In this document: piece after piece, positions 17,856 through 28,126 of the stretch
Layout: every line of letters starts with the position of its first letter
How positions within the stretch are numbered: the first letter of the stretch is position 1
Assembly: GCA_022865315.1 (NCBI GenBank)
Contig: JALHSR010000285.1
Location: 1,626 to 65,625, forward strand
DNA: 64,000 bases
Direction of reading: 5' to 3'
From: Methanotrichaceae archaeon
GTDB taxonomy: Archaea > Halobacteriota > Methanosarcinia > Methanotrichales > Methanotrichaceae
The notes under the pieces: generated by a model
Seen by the model: only the letters and a program-made list of their open reading frames with translations
Databases searched by the model: none
What the model was told of the DNA's origin: nothing
Made by a program: the position numbers and the translations under genes

Positions 17856-19721
17856 TTAACCTCCAATAAGGAGAAAATCATCGAAGTTCCTTAATCCTTC
17901 CATGAATATCCTGATCCATAGCTCCAGATTGATAATTCTCCAAAGATACTCGCTATGATCCTTAATGCCTCCAATATGTTCCTGAAAAATCTTGGATATC
18001 ATTTGCTTATCCCAGTACTTCCGGGATGCAAAACTATTGGATTCAATAATCTCTTTAAATAAGTTAACGAATTTTTCCGATGTCAGCCAATCTTTATCTG
18101 GTGTGGCGAAACCTATTTTATCCTTTCTATCTACGATTTTATTGGACACTAAGCCTCTAATAGCTTTTCTTAGAATATATTTCGTAATTCCGCCATGAAT
18201 CTTATAGTTCGGCGGAAGTGATAAGACAAATTCTACAAGCCTATAGTCCAAAAAAGGAACTCTTGATTCAATGGACCAACGCATTGAGTTCTTATCTTCG
18301 TACCTCAGAAGCTGGGGTATGCTATAGCCAATTAGATCGCTATATAGAGCCTTGTTGAGGTCGAAGCCTCTTTCTGAAAAAGGATTGGAAAGATGAATAT
18401 CGTTTGAATCCTTTAAGAATCTGGATTTTGTTAGCCAAATCATGTTTATGATATTCTTTCCAAGGGCTGTTTGGCTAAGAATTGTGACTAATGGGAATAC
18501 GACTATATCCTTTAGGTTCGGTGCAGCATGTAGCGCTTTCCAAGCTTCCATCAAATGCAAGCTTAATAAGGATTGAAATAGATAATATTTATAATATATA
18601 AAATAACCGGCAAAAAGTTCGTCAGCGCCTTGCCCATCTAATAGTACCTTCATACCTTTCTTGTGTGCTAACTCCATCACTTTATATTGGCCATAGATGC
18701 TTATCGATCGGAATGGTTCTTCTTGGGTCCAGATGATATCATAGAGATCATTCATTAGATCCTCAATTGTAGGACTGGTCCAATAGGATTCAATTTTTGT
18801 GTCTTTGATTACCTGGTTGATATAACATGACTCATCCATAATCAAACCGGGAAATATCAAAGAAAATGTCTTTATATTGGTATTTTTTTCCAGTTTTCGC
18901 ATGAGGTAGACAATGGTTGATGAATCAATACCGCCGCTTAGGCATGAGCCTACGGGAACATCAGCAATGAGCCGATAAGATATGCTAGAAGAAAGAAGCT
19001 CTTTGATCGTTTCTGCCGCGTGCTCCTCTGTTATTTCCGCATTATTTTTTATACGTTCGTTTAGATCATACCATCTTTCCGTCTTTAGAGATTTTGTGGG
19101 CAGGTCGTAGATTAGGTTCTCTCCAGGCATTAATCTGTAAATGTTCTTGAAGAAAGTCTCGCGGGTATGGTCTAAGAATCCATATGCAAGATATTCGAAG
19201 ATGATCTTATCATTAGGGATTTTTTCTAAATAGTGCTGAAGCAGACACTTTATCTCGGAGGAAAATATTAAGCCTTTATCAGAGTGAAAGTAATAGAGGG
19301 GTTTGACCCCGAATCTATCACGACTCAGCAGCAGCTGTTTTTTCCTCTTATCGTAAATTGCAAAAGCCCACATACCATTGAACTTCTCTACGCAGCAATT
19401 GCCCCATTCTTCGTAAGCGTGGATTATAACCTCAGTATCTGTGCTAGAAGTGAATTCGTGTTTCTTCTCCAGAAGTTCAGCTCTAATCTCTAAGAAGTTG
19501 TAGATCTCGCCATTGTATATTATCCAAATATTGCCATCTTCATTGGACATGGGCTGCTTTCCTGCTGAAGAGAGATCTATAATTGATAGCCTTTGATGTC
19601 CCAGGGTTACCAGTTCGTCTAAGTAAATTCCATTATCATCTGGTCCTCGGTGTTTTAATGCCCAATTCATCATTTCCACAAGTGAGGGATCATTCCAAGT
19701 GACACCATTTATGCCGCACAT
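17856..19721 (-). CDS. Asparagine synthase (glutamine-hydrolysing)-family amidotransferase embedded in the glycan cluster
   Basis: N-terminal nucleophile MCGI. Ntn-type GATase domain (HRGPDDNG, HQRLSIIDLS). Synthetase PP-loop CLSGGIDSS. 621 aa. Confidence 0.85.
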   Translation of the reverse strand: MCGINGVTWNDPSLVEMMNWALKHRGPDDNGIYLDELVTLGHQRLSIIDLSSAGKQPMSNEDGNIWIIYNGEIYNFLEIRAELLEKKHEFTSSTDTEVIIHAYEEWGNCCVEKFNGMWAFAIYDKRKKQLLLSRDRFGVKPLYYFHSDKGLIFSSEIKCLLQHYLEKIPNDKIIFEYLAYGFLDHTRETFFKNIYRLMPGENLIYDLPTKSLKTERWYDLNERIKNNAEITEEHAAETIKELLSSSISYRLIADVPVGSCLSGGIDSSTIVYLMRKLEKNTNIKTFSLIFPGLIMDESCYINQVIKDTKIESYWTSPTIEDLMNDLYDIIWTQEEPFRSISIYGQYKVMELAHKKGMKVLLDGQGADELFAGYFIYYKYYLFQSLLSLHLMEAWKALHAAPNLKDIVVFPLVTILSQTALGKNIINMIWLTKSRFLKDSNDIHLSNPFSERGFDLNKALYSDLIGYSIPQLLRYEDKNSMRWSIESRVPFLDYRLVEFVLSLPPNYKIHGGITKYILRKAIRGLVSNKIVDRKDKIGFATPDKDWLTSEKFVNLFKEIIESNSFASRKYWDKQMISKIFQEHIGGIKDHSEYLWRIINLELWIRIFMEGLRNFDDFLLIGG

Positions 19722-19827
19722 CAGAAAGGCCTCTAATTCATCTGTTAATTCTTCTTAATGTCTCTTGAATATCAATTGGGTTGCCTGCTATATCTCGATT
19801 GATTCAAAGCTCTAAAAAAATTTGGTT

Positions 19828-20949
19828 TTATGTCGATCTTATAAGAACCTCTTCGTAATTGAACGCTATTTTTCGCCAATCAAATTTTTCTGCAATTAAT
19901 CTATACTTCATTTCATCTTGATTTGAATCAAGAATAAACCTGGTTTGATTAACGAAGCTTTCAAGATCATCATAATAATAAATTTCGTTGCCAAGCAATT
20001 TCTCAAGCGATACAATCCGACTGGAAAGCACAGGCCGCCCGCAGGAAAGGTAGTTGAATACCTTTCCGCCAGCTGAAAATTCATTCTTTTTCATCTTCTT
20101 TAATGGATTAAGGCCAATATCCATTGCTGATAAATAAGTGCTTAGATCCGTATACCTGACGACGCCCGTAAATATTACTTTATCTTCAACGTCCAGTTCT
20201 CTAGCAAGAGTTTTTATCTTCTCACCGTAGTCGGTGAAGAGTCCCGGTCCAACTACCAATAGCGTGACATTTAGCCTAGGCAAAGCTTGCACAACCAACT
20301 CGAGATCTACCCAATGCTCTAAAGAGCCAACATAGCCTATTACTTGGCCTTTGAGCCCCAGATCTGATTTTGCGTTTGGCTTTTGTATAGGTTTTAAGAG
20401 ATCAGTATCTACTCCATTGGGAATTACGGCTACATTTTCAATGCCAAAGTCATGCAGCAAATTGGCTAATTCCATTGTTACAGTTATGACTGATTGTGCA
20501 TGCTTCAAATTATACCTTGTGATGAAGCTTACGCCATTTTTAACGAGCTTTCTAAATATTGAATCAGGATAATAAATCGAAGCAGATTCTTCAAAGTGGT
20601 CTAAGTAATCAAATACAATAGGAACGCCCGCAAAGTTGGCCATAAACGAGGGAAGAATATTAGCTGAAAGAATAATGTTAATTCTCTTATCTTTGATGAT
20701 CCTTCTTATGCTGCGCAAGTGGCTAGAAAAATTCAAGATATAATATGTGGAAGGATCATCTATTTCCTTCCACCCTGTTTTGATTAATGTGCATTTTGTT
20801 TTTCGAGGTTTAAAGCCTTGGAATTTCTTAAGTCTGAAATGTAATACATAAACATTGTGGTTCTCAGCCAAGATATCGAAGATGAAGTTCAGCCTGTTAG
20901 GAACTGGATGGCCAATCCAATCGGTAGTGGGTACAACCAGTATATTCAT
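19828..20949 (-). CDS. GT-B fold glycosyltransferase (GT4)
   Basis: 373 aa. GYVGSLEHWVDLELVV and FSAGGKVFNYLSCGRPVLSS fit the GT4 pattern. Confidence 0.7.
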   Translation of the reverse strand: MNILVVPTTDWIGHPVPNRLNFIFDILAENHNVYVLHFRLKKFQGFKPRKTKCTLIKTGWKEIDDPSTYYILNFSSHLRSIRRIIKDKRINIILSANILPSFMANFAGVPIVFDYLDHFEESASIYYPDSIFRKLVKNGVSFITRYNLKHAQSVITVTMELANLLHDFGIENVAVIPNGVDTDLLKPIQKPNAKSDLGLKGQVIGYVGSLEHWVDLELVVQALPRLNVTLLVVGPGLFTDYGEKIKTLARELDVEDKVIFTGVVRYTDLSTYLSAMDIGLNPLKKMKKNEFSAGGKVFNYLSCGRPVLSSRIVSLEKLLGNEIYYYDDLESFVNQTRFILDSNQDEMKYRLIAEKFDWRKIAFNYEEVLIRST

Positions 20950-21151
20950 GTCACCCTTCTAAAAAAAATTGAGTTTAATATTTAATATCATTTGCATATT
21001 TTCATTTGTTTTCTGTTATGGGATTGTACATGAAAGGACAGATATAAAAGCATGGGTCCTTCGATTCCATTTCATTAATAGATTATTAAAGCGACAAAAG
21101 ACCGAAAAGATATAAAGTAAATATCATAATATAGCTTTTGATTTACAGGCA

Positions 21152-22357
21152 GTGATCTGTTTGAAGGCAGTGATATTAGCGGCCGGAGAAGGCCGCAGGT
21201 GCAGGCCGCTTACTCAGACGAAGTCAAAGGTCATGCTTCCAGTGGGAAATAAACCAATATTGGAGCATGTGATCCTTGCGCTTGCTCAAAATAATGTAAA
21301 GGAACTTTACATTGTGGTTGGATATCAAAAAGAGAGAATAATGGATTATTTCGAGGATGGGATCAAGTTCGGAGTAGAAATAAATTATATTGAGCAAACC
21401 GAGATTTTGGGCACGGCGCACGCTTTAAGCAAGGTAGAATCACATATAGATGACAAATTTTTGGTAGTTAATGGTGACAACCTACTCGATGTATCTGCAG
21501 TACATGATCTAGTTACAGCTGAAGGGGATTACGTCATTCTGGCAGTTCAAAGGAGAAATACTGGTGATTATGGAGTTATTACGATAAAACAAGATAGAGT
21601 CAGAGCCATCGTTGAAAAACCGAAGGGATATTGTGCGGGCATAATCAATACTGGGGCATATAAATTTGGGATAGGCATTTTTGAGGAGCTGCCAAAAACA
21701 CCGATTTCAGAACGCGGATCCTATGAATTAACACAGACGCTATCGCAAATGGTAGAAGATTGCAGGGATATTAGAGCCGTCATTACCAAAGGAGGATGGT
21801 CGGATGCTATATTTGCTTGGGATTTGCTAAATGCAAATAGCTTGGCACTAAAAGAAATGGATTCAAGAGTTCTTGGAGCGGTTGAGGAAGGTGCTAGGTT
21901 GTTTGGTTTTGTAGATATAAAAGAAGGAAGCATCATACGTTCCGGCTCTTACCTCATGGGACCCATATCTATTGGGAAAGACTGCGATATAGGTCCAAAT
22001 GTAACTATATTGCCTTCGACTTCAATTGGCGATTCAGTTAGGTTAGGCTCGAGCTCGGAAATTCGAAACAGCGTAATTATGAACGGTACTAGAATAGGCT
22101 CCGGAACGATCATCTCGGATTCGGTAATAGGAGAAAGCTCTGTTTTGGGTGACCAATTAGTTATTGGATCTGGGCCTTCAGTTATTGAGATAGAAGGGGA
22201 CTTCCAAAGGACAGAGTTCGGGGCAATTTTTGCTGACAATTCGATTGTAGGGATTCGATCTTTGATCCATCCCGGGACCATTCTTGAGACTAATGTCAAG
22301 ATTGGCCTTGGATCTATAGTTCGCGGATGGATTGAGCGAGATAGTATGGTGATCTGA
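21152..22357 (+). CDS. Bifunctional sugar-1-phosphate nucleotidylyltransferase / left-handed beta-helix acetyltransferase (archaeal GlmU-like), paralog 1
   Basis: AVILAAGEGRRCRPLTQTKSKVMLPV is the NTP-transferase G-loop. The C-terminal hexapeptide-repeat region is IGPNVTILPSTSIGDSVRLGSSSEIRNSVIMNGTRIGSG. The listed start is GTG 21152; TTG 21161, giving (M)KAVILAAG, is equally plausible. Confidence 0.8.
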   Translation: MICLKAVILAAGEGRRCRPLTQTKSKVMLPVGNKPILEHVILALAQNNVKELYIVVGYQKERIMDYFEDGIKFGVEINYIEQTEILGTAHALSKVESHIDDKFLVVNGDNLLDVSAVHDLVTAEGDYVILAVQRRNTGDYGVITIKQDRVRAIVEKPKGYCAGIINTGAYKFGIGIFEELPKTPISERGSYELTQTLSQMVEDCRDIRAVITKGGWSDAIFAWDLLNANSLALKEMDSRVLGAVEEGARLFGFVDIKEGSIIRSGSYLMGPISIGKDCDIGPNVTILPSTSIGDSVRLGSSSEIRNSVIMNGTRIGSGTIISDSVIGESSVLGDQLVIGSGPSVIEIEGDFQRTEFGAIFADNSIVGIRSLIHPGTILETNVKIGLGSIVRGWIERDSMVI

Positions 22358-22359
22358 AC

Positions 22360-24165
22360 GTGTGCGGGATAGTGGCTTATATCGGAGACGGCGAAGTCGG
22401 ATCTATACTTTTTGACACGCTTAAAAGGCTAGAATATAGGGGTTATGATTCTGCCGGTGTAGCTATTAAATCAGGGGATGAGATAGTGGTCGTCAAGGCT
22501 GCTGGTAAAATTGGCAATCTTGAAAAAGTCTATAGAGAAATGGGTTCTCCGGGGGAGTCTATGGGTATAGGGCATACCAGGTGGGCCACTCACGGTAGTC
22601 CAACCGACATAAACGCGCATCCTCACATTTCCGGTGAGATAGCTATAGTGCATAACGGCATTATCGAGAACTATCTCGAGTTGAGAGAATCCCTAACGGA
22701 AAAGGGCTTTGAATTTCAATCTGAAACGGATAGCGAGGTCTTGGCACACCTGATCAACTATTTCTACCAGGGGGATCTGATAATGGCCGTAACCAGAGCT
22801 TTAGATGAAGTTGAAGGTTCTTATGCTATAGCTGTCTTAGCAGCTAGTTCTCCATATATTATTTGTGCCAGGAAAGACAGCCCATTGGTAATAGGATTGG
22901 GAAAATTGGCCAATTATTTGGCTTCAGACGTACCTGCTTTGCTTCCTTATACCAGAGATATTGTCAGGCTTAAGGATGGAGAGATAGCAAAGCTCAGTAA
23001 GGAAACTGTTGAGATAAAGAATAGGTTTGGAGAACTACATCCAGCAGATGTCGAACGAATCGATTGGAATATAGATGCGGCCGAGAAAGGCGGTTATTCT
23101 CATTTCATGCTCAAGGAAATTCATGAACAACCACGAGCTTTGCGTGAGACTATGGCTGGAAGAATTTCAGAGTTTGGTGGTGATGTCAGGCTAGATCTGG
23201 GCATAGATGACGAAGAGATTCGCAATCTGGAAAGGGTTTCGATCATTGCTTGCGGGACTTCATATCATGCCGGGCTCTTCGCTAAGTATCTTTTGCCGAT
23301 TGTATCGGGTTTGCCTGTTGAAGTAGAACTGGCCTCTGAGTTCCAACACTTACAGCTTAGGCCCAGGACCCTTGTAGTCGGCATAACTCAGTCAGGCGAG
23401 ACTGCTGACACTTTGCTTGCTCTCAAGAAAGCAAAGATGTGCAATGTTAGACTGCTCGCTATAACGAATGTTGTTGGCAGTACAGTTACCAATCTGGTTG
23501 ATAGCACAATTTTTACTCGTTGTGGTCCGGAGATAGGCGTAGCAGCAACAAAAACCTTTACAAGCCAATTGGTTACTCTTATCCTTTTAGCTATATGTCT
23601 AGGCAGAGCAAGAGGTTTCCTCACTCCCGAGCAAGGAAGAAAAATATTAATTGAGCTTAGCCGCTTACCTGCCTTGGTTCAGAAAGTCTTGGATAGGCGA
23701 GATTCGATCAAGGAGATTGCGGAATTGTATGCTGATTCAAGCTGTTATTTTTTCATAGGCAGGGAATTCCTCTATCCAATAGCGTTGGAGGGGGCTTTAA
23801 AGATGAAAGAGATCGCTTATATTCACTCGGAAGGATACGCAGGTGGGGAGCTGAAACATGGTCCTTTGGCTCTTATTACAGATTTCACTCCCGTTGTTGC
23901 CATAGCCACATTTGGGCGAAAGATCCAATCAAATATAAAAGAGGTCAGAGCCAGAGGTGCTGAAGTAATTGCATTAGCTAGTGAGAACGATGCTGACATA
24001 GACAAAATTGCAAATGTTGTGATTAGACTTCCCGACACAAGACCAGAACTTTCTGCCGTCCTATGCACTGTGGTAGTGCAGCTTTTCTCATATTATGTAG
24101 CTCATAAATTAGGCCAACCAATTGACAAACCTAGAAACCTGGCCAAATGCGTAACGGTGGAATGA
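22360..24165 (+). CDS. glmS: Glutamine-fructose-6-phosphate aminotransferase (isomerising)
   Basis: GTG start giving MCGIVAYIG (N-terminal Cys nucleophile). Two SIS domains (ACGTSYHAG, GITQSGETADT). C-terminal KPRNLAKCVTVE. It lies 2 nt after the GlmU-like gene. Confidence 0.93.
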   Translation: MCGIVAYIGDGEVGSILFDTLKRLEYRGYDSAGVAIKSGDEIVVVKAAGKIGNLEKVYREMGSPGESMGIGHTRWATHGSPTDINAHPHISGEIAIVHNGIIENYLELRESLTEKGFEFQSETDSEVLAHLINYFYQGDLIMAVTRALDEVEGSYAIAVLAASSPYIICARKDSPLVIGLGKLANYLASDVPALLPYTRDIVRLKDGEIAKLSKETVEIKNRFGELHPADVERIDWNIDAAEKGGYSHFMLKEIHEQPRALRETMAGRISEFGGDVRLDLGIDDEEIRNLERVSIIACGTSYHAGLFAKYLLPIVSGLPVEVELASEFQHLQLRPRTLVVGITQSGETADTLLALKKAKMCNVRLLAITNVVGSTVTNLVDSTIFTRCGPEIGVAATKTFTSQLVTLILLAICLGRARGFLTPEQGRKILIELSRLPALVQKVLDRRDSIKEIAELYADSSCYFFIGREFLYPIALEGALKMKEIAYIHSEGYAGGELKHGPLALITDFTPVVAIATFGRKIQSNIKEVRARGAEVIALASENDADIDKIANVVIRLPDTRPELSAVLCTVVVQLFSYYVAHKLGQPIDKPRNLAKCVTVE

Positions 24166-24298
24166 AGGCCAATTTGTTTGTTTGCATAAATCTAGAGCTC
24201 TATTAAACTTATATGTCCTTTTTTTAAGTTTTTTTGAAGGAGTTCCTTCTACTCGGCAAAGAAGTATTTCTATTTGATATGCAATTTGAATCAATGCA

Positions 24299-25288
24299 TC
24301 ATGTTAAGATTTCATAGATCGACCGAATAGTCTCAATATTGCAGTCCCAATATCTATAATCTTTCTCGGTCAATTTTTCAGGTCTCTTATTAAGATGCTC
24401 AACAACGGCATCCTTAAGATCACGACTATCTACAATTATGAGATTCTTCCTAGGCTGCTCTTGGGATATTCCTGATGCGACAACTAATTTTCCCATATTT
24501 AAGTACTCATTAAGTTTCCATACGCTTTTGTCAGTGGAGTAAGGCGTGATGACGCTCTCCTCTCGTGGAATGATACATAGCCTAGCTTTCTGCACGAGAC
24601 CAGCCATTTTCTCATGAGGTTGCCAACCCAAATTTTTGATATTGTGTGGCTTTCTCCAAAGGTACCACCAGGCAAAAGGCCCGCTTCCGACTATCCAAAA
24701 TTCCTGATAAGGTATAGCTTTGGCTACCCCCAATAATTTTTGGATGCCTTCTTGAGTGCAAACGCGTCCTATAAAAATGATTGGGGCATCTTCTGGTTCC
24801 AGCCTGTATAGGGGCTGCTCGAGGTTATCAGAGAAAGAGCGCAATGGATAATTAGGGATCACTTCTGTTTGCTTGTTCGGCGCATATGCAGCAACCTTAT
24901 TTTTCAGAGGTGTATTGACGGTTGTAATTACATCGGCACCTTTGGCCAAATTCCGTTCAAAATGCTCGCCAAATATCCTTCCTGGGGCGCCAAAAGTCTG
25001 CTGCATCTCCAGTCCCCATGGGGATCGATAGTCATAAATTAGGCTTCTGAAATAATCCCCTTTGAAGCGTGTAAATCCATGGTAGATTACATCCGGAACG
25101 TTAAATACATGGACTATATCGGGTCTACACTTTTTTACAGTTTTTTTTGCCAGTCCTGCGATTTTGATCCAATTCTTTGTTCCAAAACTAGGAACTATGA
25201 CTTCATATCCGAAGCTCTTTAGTGTGCTCTCAAACATTCTCAATCTTATGGTTCTCTCAGGCTGATTAGCTAATAAAAGAACTATCAT
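24299..25288 (-). CDS. Putative GT-B fold glycosyltransferase
   Basis: 329 aa and last gene of the Wbp-like operon, 15 nt after the epimerase gene. Layout resembles GT4, but no strong motif was recognised. Confidence 0.5.
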   Translation of the reverse strand: MIVLLLANQPERTIRLRMFESTLKSFGYEVIVPSFGTKNWIKIAGLAKKTVKKCRPDIVHVFNVPDVIYHGFTRFKGDYFRSLIYDYRSPWGLEMQQTFGAPGRIFGEHFERNLAKGADVITTVNTPLKNKVAAYAPNKQTEVIPNYPLRSFSDNLEQPLYRLEPEDAPIIFIGRVCTQEGIQKLLGVAKAIPYQEFWIVGSGPFAWWYLWRKPHNIKNLGWQPHEKMAGLVQKARLCIIPREESVITPYSTDKSVWKLNEYLNMGKLVVASGISQEQPRKNLIIVDSRDLKDAVVEHLNKRPEKLTEKDYRYWDCNIETIRSIYEILT

Positions 25289-25303
25289 TTAGGCTAAAGA
25301 TCT

Positions 25304-26368
25304 CTAAATTATTCTTTCAATTAATTTGACAATTTTTTGGCTAGCATCTCCCAATCCGAATACGTTTTTATATCTTCCCGGGGGAACAAACACTCTAGCC
25401 ATTCGTGTGATCATTTCTTCATTTGCCCCTACAAGCACATTCCAGCCATCCTGCACGGTTTCAATCCATTCTGTCTCTTCTCTAAGGGTTATGCAAGGCA
25501 CTCCAAGCAGGTAAGCCTCTTTCTGGACACCACCTGAGTCTGTTATAATTTTTAAGGCATTTTTTTCCAAGATGAGCATATCCAAATAGCCCACTGGTTT
25601 TATAACTCTAGTATTTTTGTTAAGTATATCCCAAAGCTCCAATTCTTTTAATCGCTTTTCAGCTCTTGGATGGCATGGGAATATTACATTTCCTATCTTG
25701 GATAAGGCTAATGCTATTGACCTTAAATTATCGGGATCATCTGTGTTAGAGGCCCTATGCACAGTAGCGAGATAATAGCTCTTAGGCATAAGACTTAGCT
25801 CATCCATAATTTTAGATCTATCTTGAGCAATTATCATACACGTTCTTTGAGCATCAACCATAACGTCTCCTGTAAGATAGACATTTTCAATTATCCCTTC
25901 TTTTTTCAGGTTGAGCTCTGCAGTTTCGGTGGGACAAAAAAGAAGAGATGAGCAATGATCGACAAGAATTCTATTAACTTCTTCCGGCATTTTTCTATCA
26001 AAAGATCTCAATCCTGCTTCCACATGGGCTACTTTTAAGCTAAGTTTAGCGGCTGCGATAGCTCCAGCAAGTGTTGTATTGGTGTCACCAAAAACCAAAA
26101 CAACATCTGGTTTCTCCTTTATCAAGATCTTTTCAATTCTTTTCAACATCTCTCCTGTTTGATAACCGTGGAAGCCTGACCCCACTTCAAGGTGAAAATC
26201 CGGAGTAGGTATACCCAACTCATCAAAGAATATCTTATTCATCTCATAATCGTAATGCTGGCCGGTATGGATGATGATTTCATCCATTTTTTTCCTCAAC
26301 TCTCGAGAAACGGGTGAGAGCTTAATGAAATTTGGCCTTGCACCAACTATTGAAGCTACTTTCATCAT
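25304..26368 (-). CDS. UDP-N-acetylglucosamine-type 2-epimerase (WecB/WbpI family, non-hydrolysing)
   Basis: KVASIVGARPNFIKLSPV, GDTNTTLAGAIAAAKL and ITDSGGVQKEAYLLGVPCITLREETEW are hallmark WecB-family segments. Confidence 0.88.
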   Translation of the reverse strand: MMKVASIVGARPNFIKLSPVSRELRKKMDEIIIHTGQHYDYEMNKIFFDELGIPTPDFHLEVGSGFHGYQTGEMLKRIEKILIKEKPDVVLVFGDTNTTLAGAIAAAKLSLKVAHVEAGLRSFDRKMPEEVNRILVDHCSSLLFCPTETAELNLKKEGIIENVYLTGDVMVDAQRTCMIIAQDRSKIMDELSLMPKSYYLATVHRASNTDDPDNLRSIALALSKIGNVIFPCHPRAEKRLKELELWDILNKNTRVIKPVGYLDMLILEKNALKIITDSGGVQKEAYLLGVPCITLREETEWIETVQDGWNVLVGANEEMITRMARVFVPPGRYKNVFGLGDASQKIVKLIERII

Positions 26369-26392
26369 TCTCCAAAATTTTTTTTAATTCGG

Positions 26393-27556
26393 CTAGAAAC
26401 TCAGGTTAAATGAATCAAAAACTAAATCGGCTTCTTCTGGTTGAATATATCTCAAGCCATTGGCTTTCACTTCTTCTTTAGATAGATGAGAATCAAAAGC
26501 ATACACATTGAGGCCTTTTTCTTTTAGGAGCTTAGCCAATGCAAGGTTCCTGCTGTGATATAACTCACGAACGTTTGGTCGGAAAGTTATGCCCTTAATG
26601 CAAATTTTGATCTGATCCAAGGGTTTGCTGACCTTGAGGCATTCTAATAATATCCTTTCAGCCCAATAGAAAATCATATCGTCATTTATCTCTCTCGAAA
26701 TCCTTAGCATTCGGGCATGTTTGAACAGTTCACGTTTTTCCATCTCTTTTATTAGGAACCAAGGATAAACTGGTATGCAATGTCCACCTACGCCTGTGGA
26801 AGGTTGATGTAATTGGCAATATTGATGATTAGCATTATCCCTCGCCTCGCTGAAGTCCACTCCCAATTCCGCTGAAATTTTATAGAGCTCATTAGCCAAA
26901 TAGATATTTACATCTCTATAGCAACCTTCCATGACTTTAATCATCTCTGCCACCCTTGCTGAGGATACCAATTTGAGGTTGGGAATAAATTTATTGTATA
27001 GATTGAAGGCTATGAACCCACTTTCATCATCTATGCCTCCAAGTATCTTTGGGAACTCCCTCAGACGGTAGATGCTGTATCCGGTCATGATCCTCTCAGG
27101 CGAATGTGCTAGGAAAAAATCTCCGTGGCTCATATGACTTGATTCTTCCAGCCAAAATCTTATCGTAGATTCAGTTGTACCGGGTGGGACAGTAGTCTCT
27201 ATGGACACTAGATCGCCCTTCTTTAAAATCCTCCCAACTGACCTTACCGCTTTTTCCATTAAGGAGAAGTCAGGATTGTAGCTCTGATCTATAAAAAGTG
27301 GAACTATGATGATAAAAGCTCGGCAATTCCTGGCATCTTCAAGATCAGATGTAGCTAATAATTTATTACCACCATATCGATTGATCAGTTCCTCCAGTCC
27401 GGCCTCCTCAGGTATTGGATTGGAGCCATTGTTTATGAGATCGCATCGCTCGGGATCAATATCAACACCAACTACCGATAGACCATTGTCTGGAATGATT
27501 GCCGCTAAAGGTAGACCTGCATTTCCTAGACCAATGACAGCTATTGCATCTTCCAA
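26393..27556 (-). CDS. UDP-N-acetyl-hexosamine 6-dehydrogenase (WbpA/WecC; UDP-glucose/GDP-mannose dehydrogenase family)
   Basis: N-terminal Rossmann motif IAVIGLGNAGLP. Catalytic-Cys region GVGGHCIPVYP. 387 aa. No gap to the preceding acetyltransferase gene. Confidence 0.8.
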   Translation of the reverse strand: MEDAIAVIGLGNAGLPLAAIIPDNGLSVVGVDIDPERCDLINNGSNPIPEEAGLEELINRYGGNKLLATSDLEDARNCRAFIIIVPLFIDQSYNPDFSLMEKAVRSVGRILKKGDLVSIETTVPPGTTESTIRFWLEESSHMSHGDFFLAHSPERIMTGYSIYRLREFPKILGGIDDESGFIAFNLYNKFIPNLKLVSSARVAEMIKVMEGCYRDVNIYLANELYKISAELGVDFSEARDNANHQYCQLHQPSTGVGGHCIPVYPWFLIKEMEKRELFKHARMLRISREINDDMIFYWAERILLECLKVSKPLDQIKICIKGITFRPNVRELYHSRNLALAKLLKEKGLNVYAFDSHLSKEEVKANGLRYIQPEEADLVFDSFNLSF

Positions 27557-28126
27557 TCACTCCACCTTCATGATCTCTATGGTCTTCCCACAATCCTCGC
27601 AGAGATATACCTTTTTCAGAGTATTCTCCACGACGACCTTTTTTAACTTCATCCCGCAATAACAAATCCAACCTTTGATTTCAGCCGGATTGCCGTGGAC
27701 TAAGGCGAAGGATGGAACGTCTTTAGCTACAACACTGCCTGCCCCTACCATGGCGTAATCCCCGATAGTGATCCCGCAGATTATAGTAGAATTGGCCCCG
27801 ATGCTAGCCCCTCTACAAACGCGAGTGGGTACTATACGATCTTCATTCCAGGTATAGGATCGGGGAAACAGATCATTTGTAAATGTTGCAGAAGGACCCA
27901 CGAATACGTCATCCTCAATTTTGACACCCTTATAAATAGAGACGAAATTCTGTATCTTCACATTGTTTCCTATTACTGCATCTGTATCTATATAGACACT
28001 TTTTCCAATATTGCAGTTCCTGCCAATTCGAGAACCATTGCGCACGTGGACAAAATGCCAGATTCTTGTCCCTTCTCCAATCTCCTTGCTTTCGACTACA
28101 GCAGTGGGATGCGCTTGGTAATTCAT
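27557..28126 (-). CDS. Hexapeptide-repeat N-acetyltransferase (WbpD/WlbB-like) with a C-terminal CxC...CxxC tail
   Basis: The left-handed beta-helix repeats (IGEGTRIWHFVHV, IGRNCNIGKSVYI, IGNNVKIQNFVSI, IGANSTIICGITIGDYAMVGAGSVV) are typical of WbpD. I chose ATG 28126 (MNYQAHPTAVV) because it forms an ATGA overlap with the upstream stop at 28123-28125. Confidence 0.8.
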   Translation of the reverse strand: MNYQAHPTAVVESKEIGEGTRIWHFVHVRNGSRIGRNCNIGKSVYIDTDAVIGNNVKIQNFVSIYKGVKIEDDVFVGPSATFTNDLFPRSYTWNEDRIVPTRVCRGASIGANSTIICGITIGDYAMVGAGSVVAKDVPSFALVHGNPAEIKGWICYCGMKLKKVVVENTLKKVYLCEDCGKTIEIMKVE

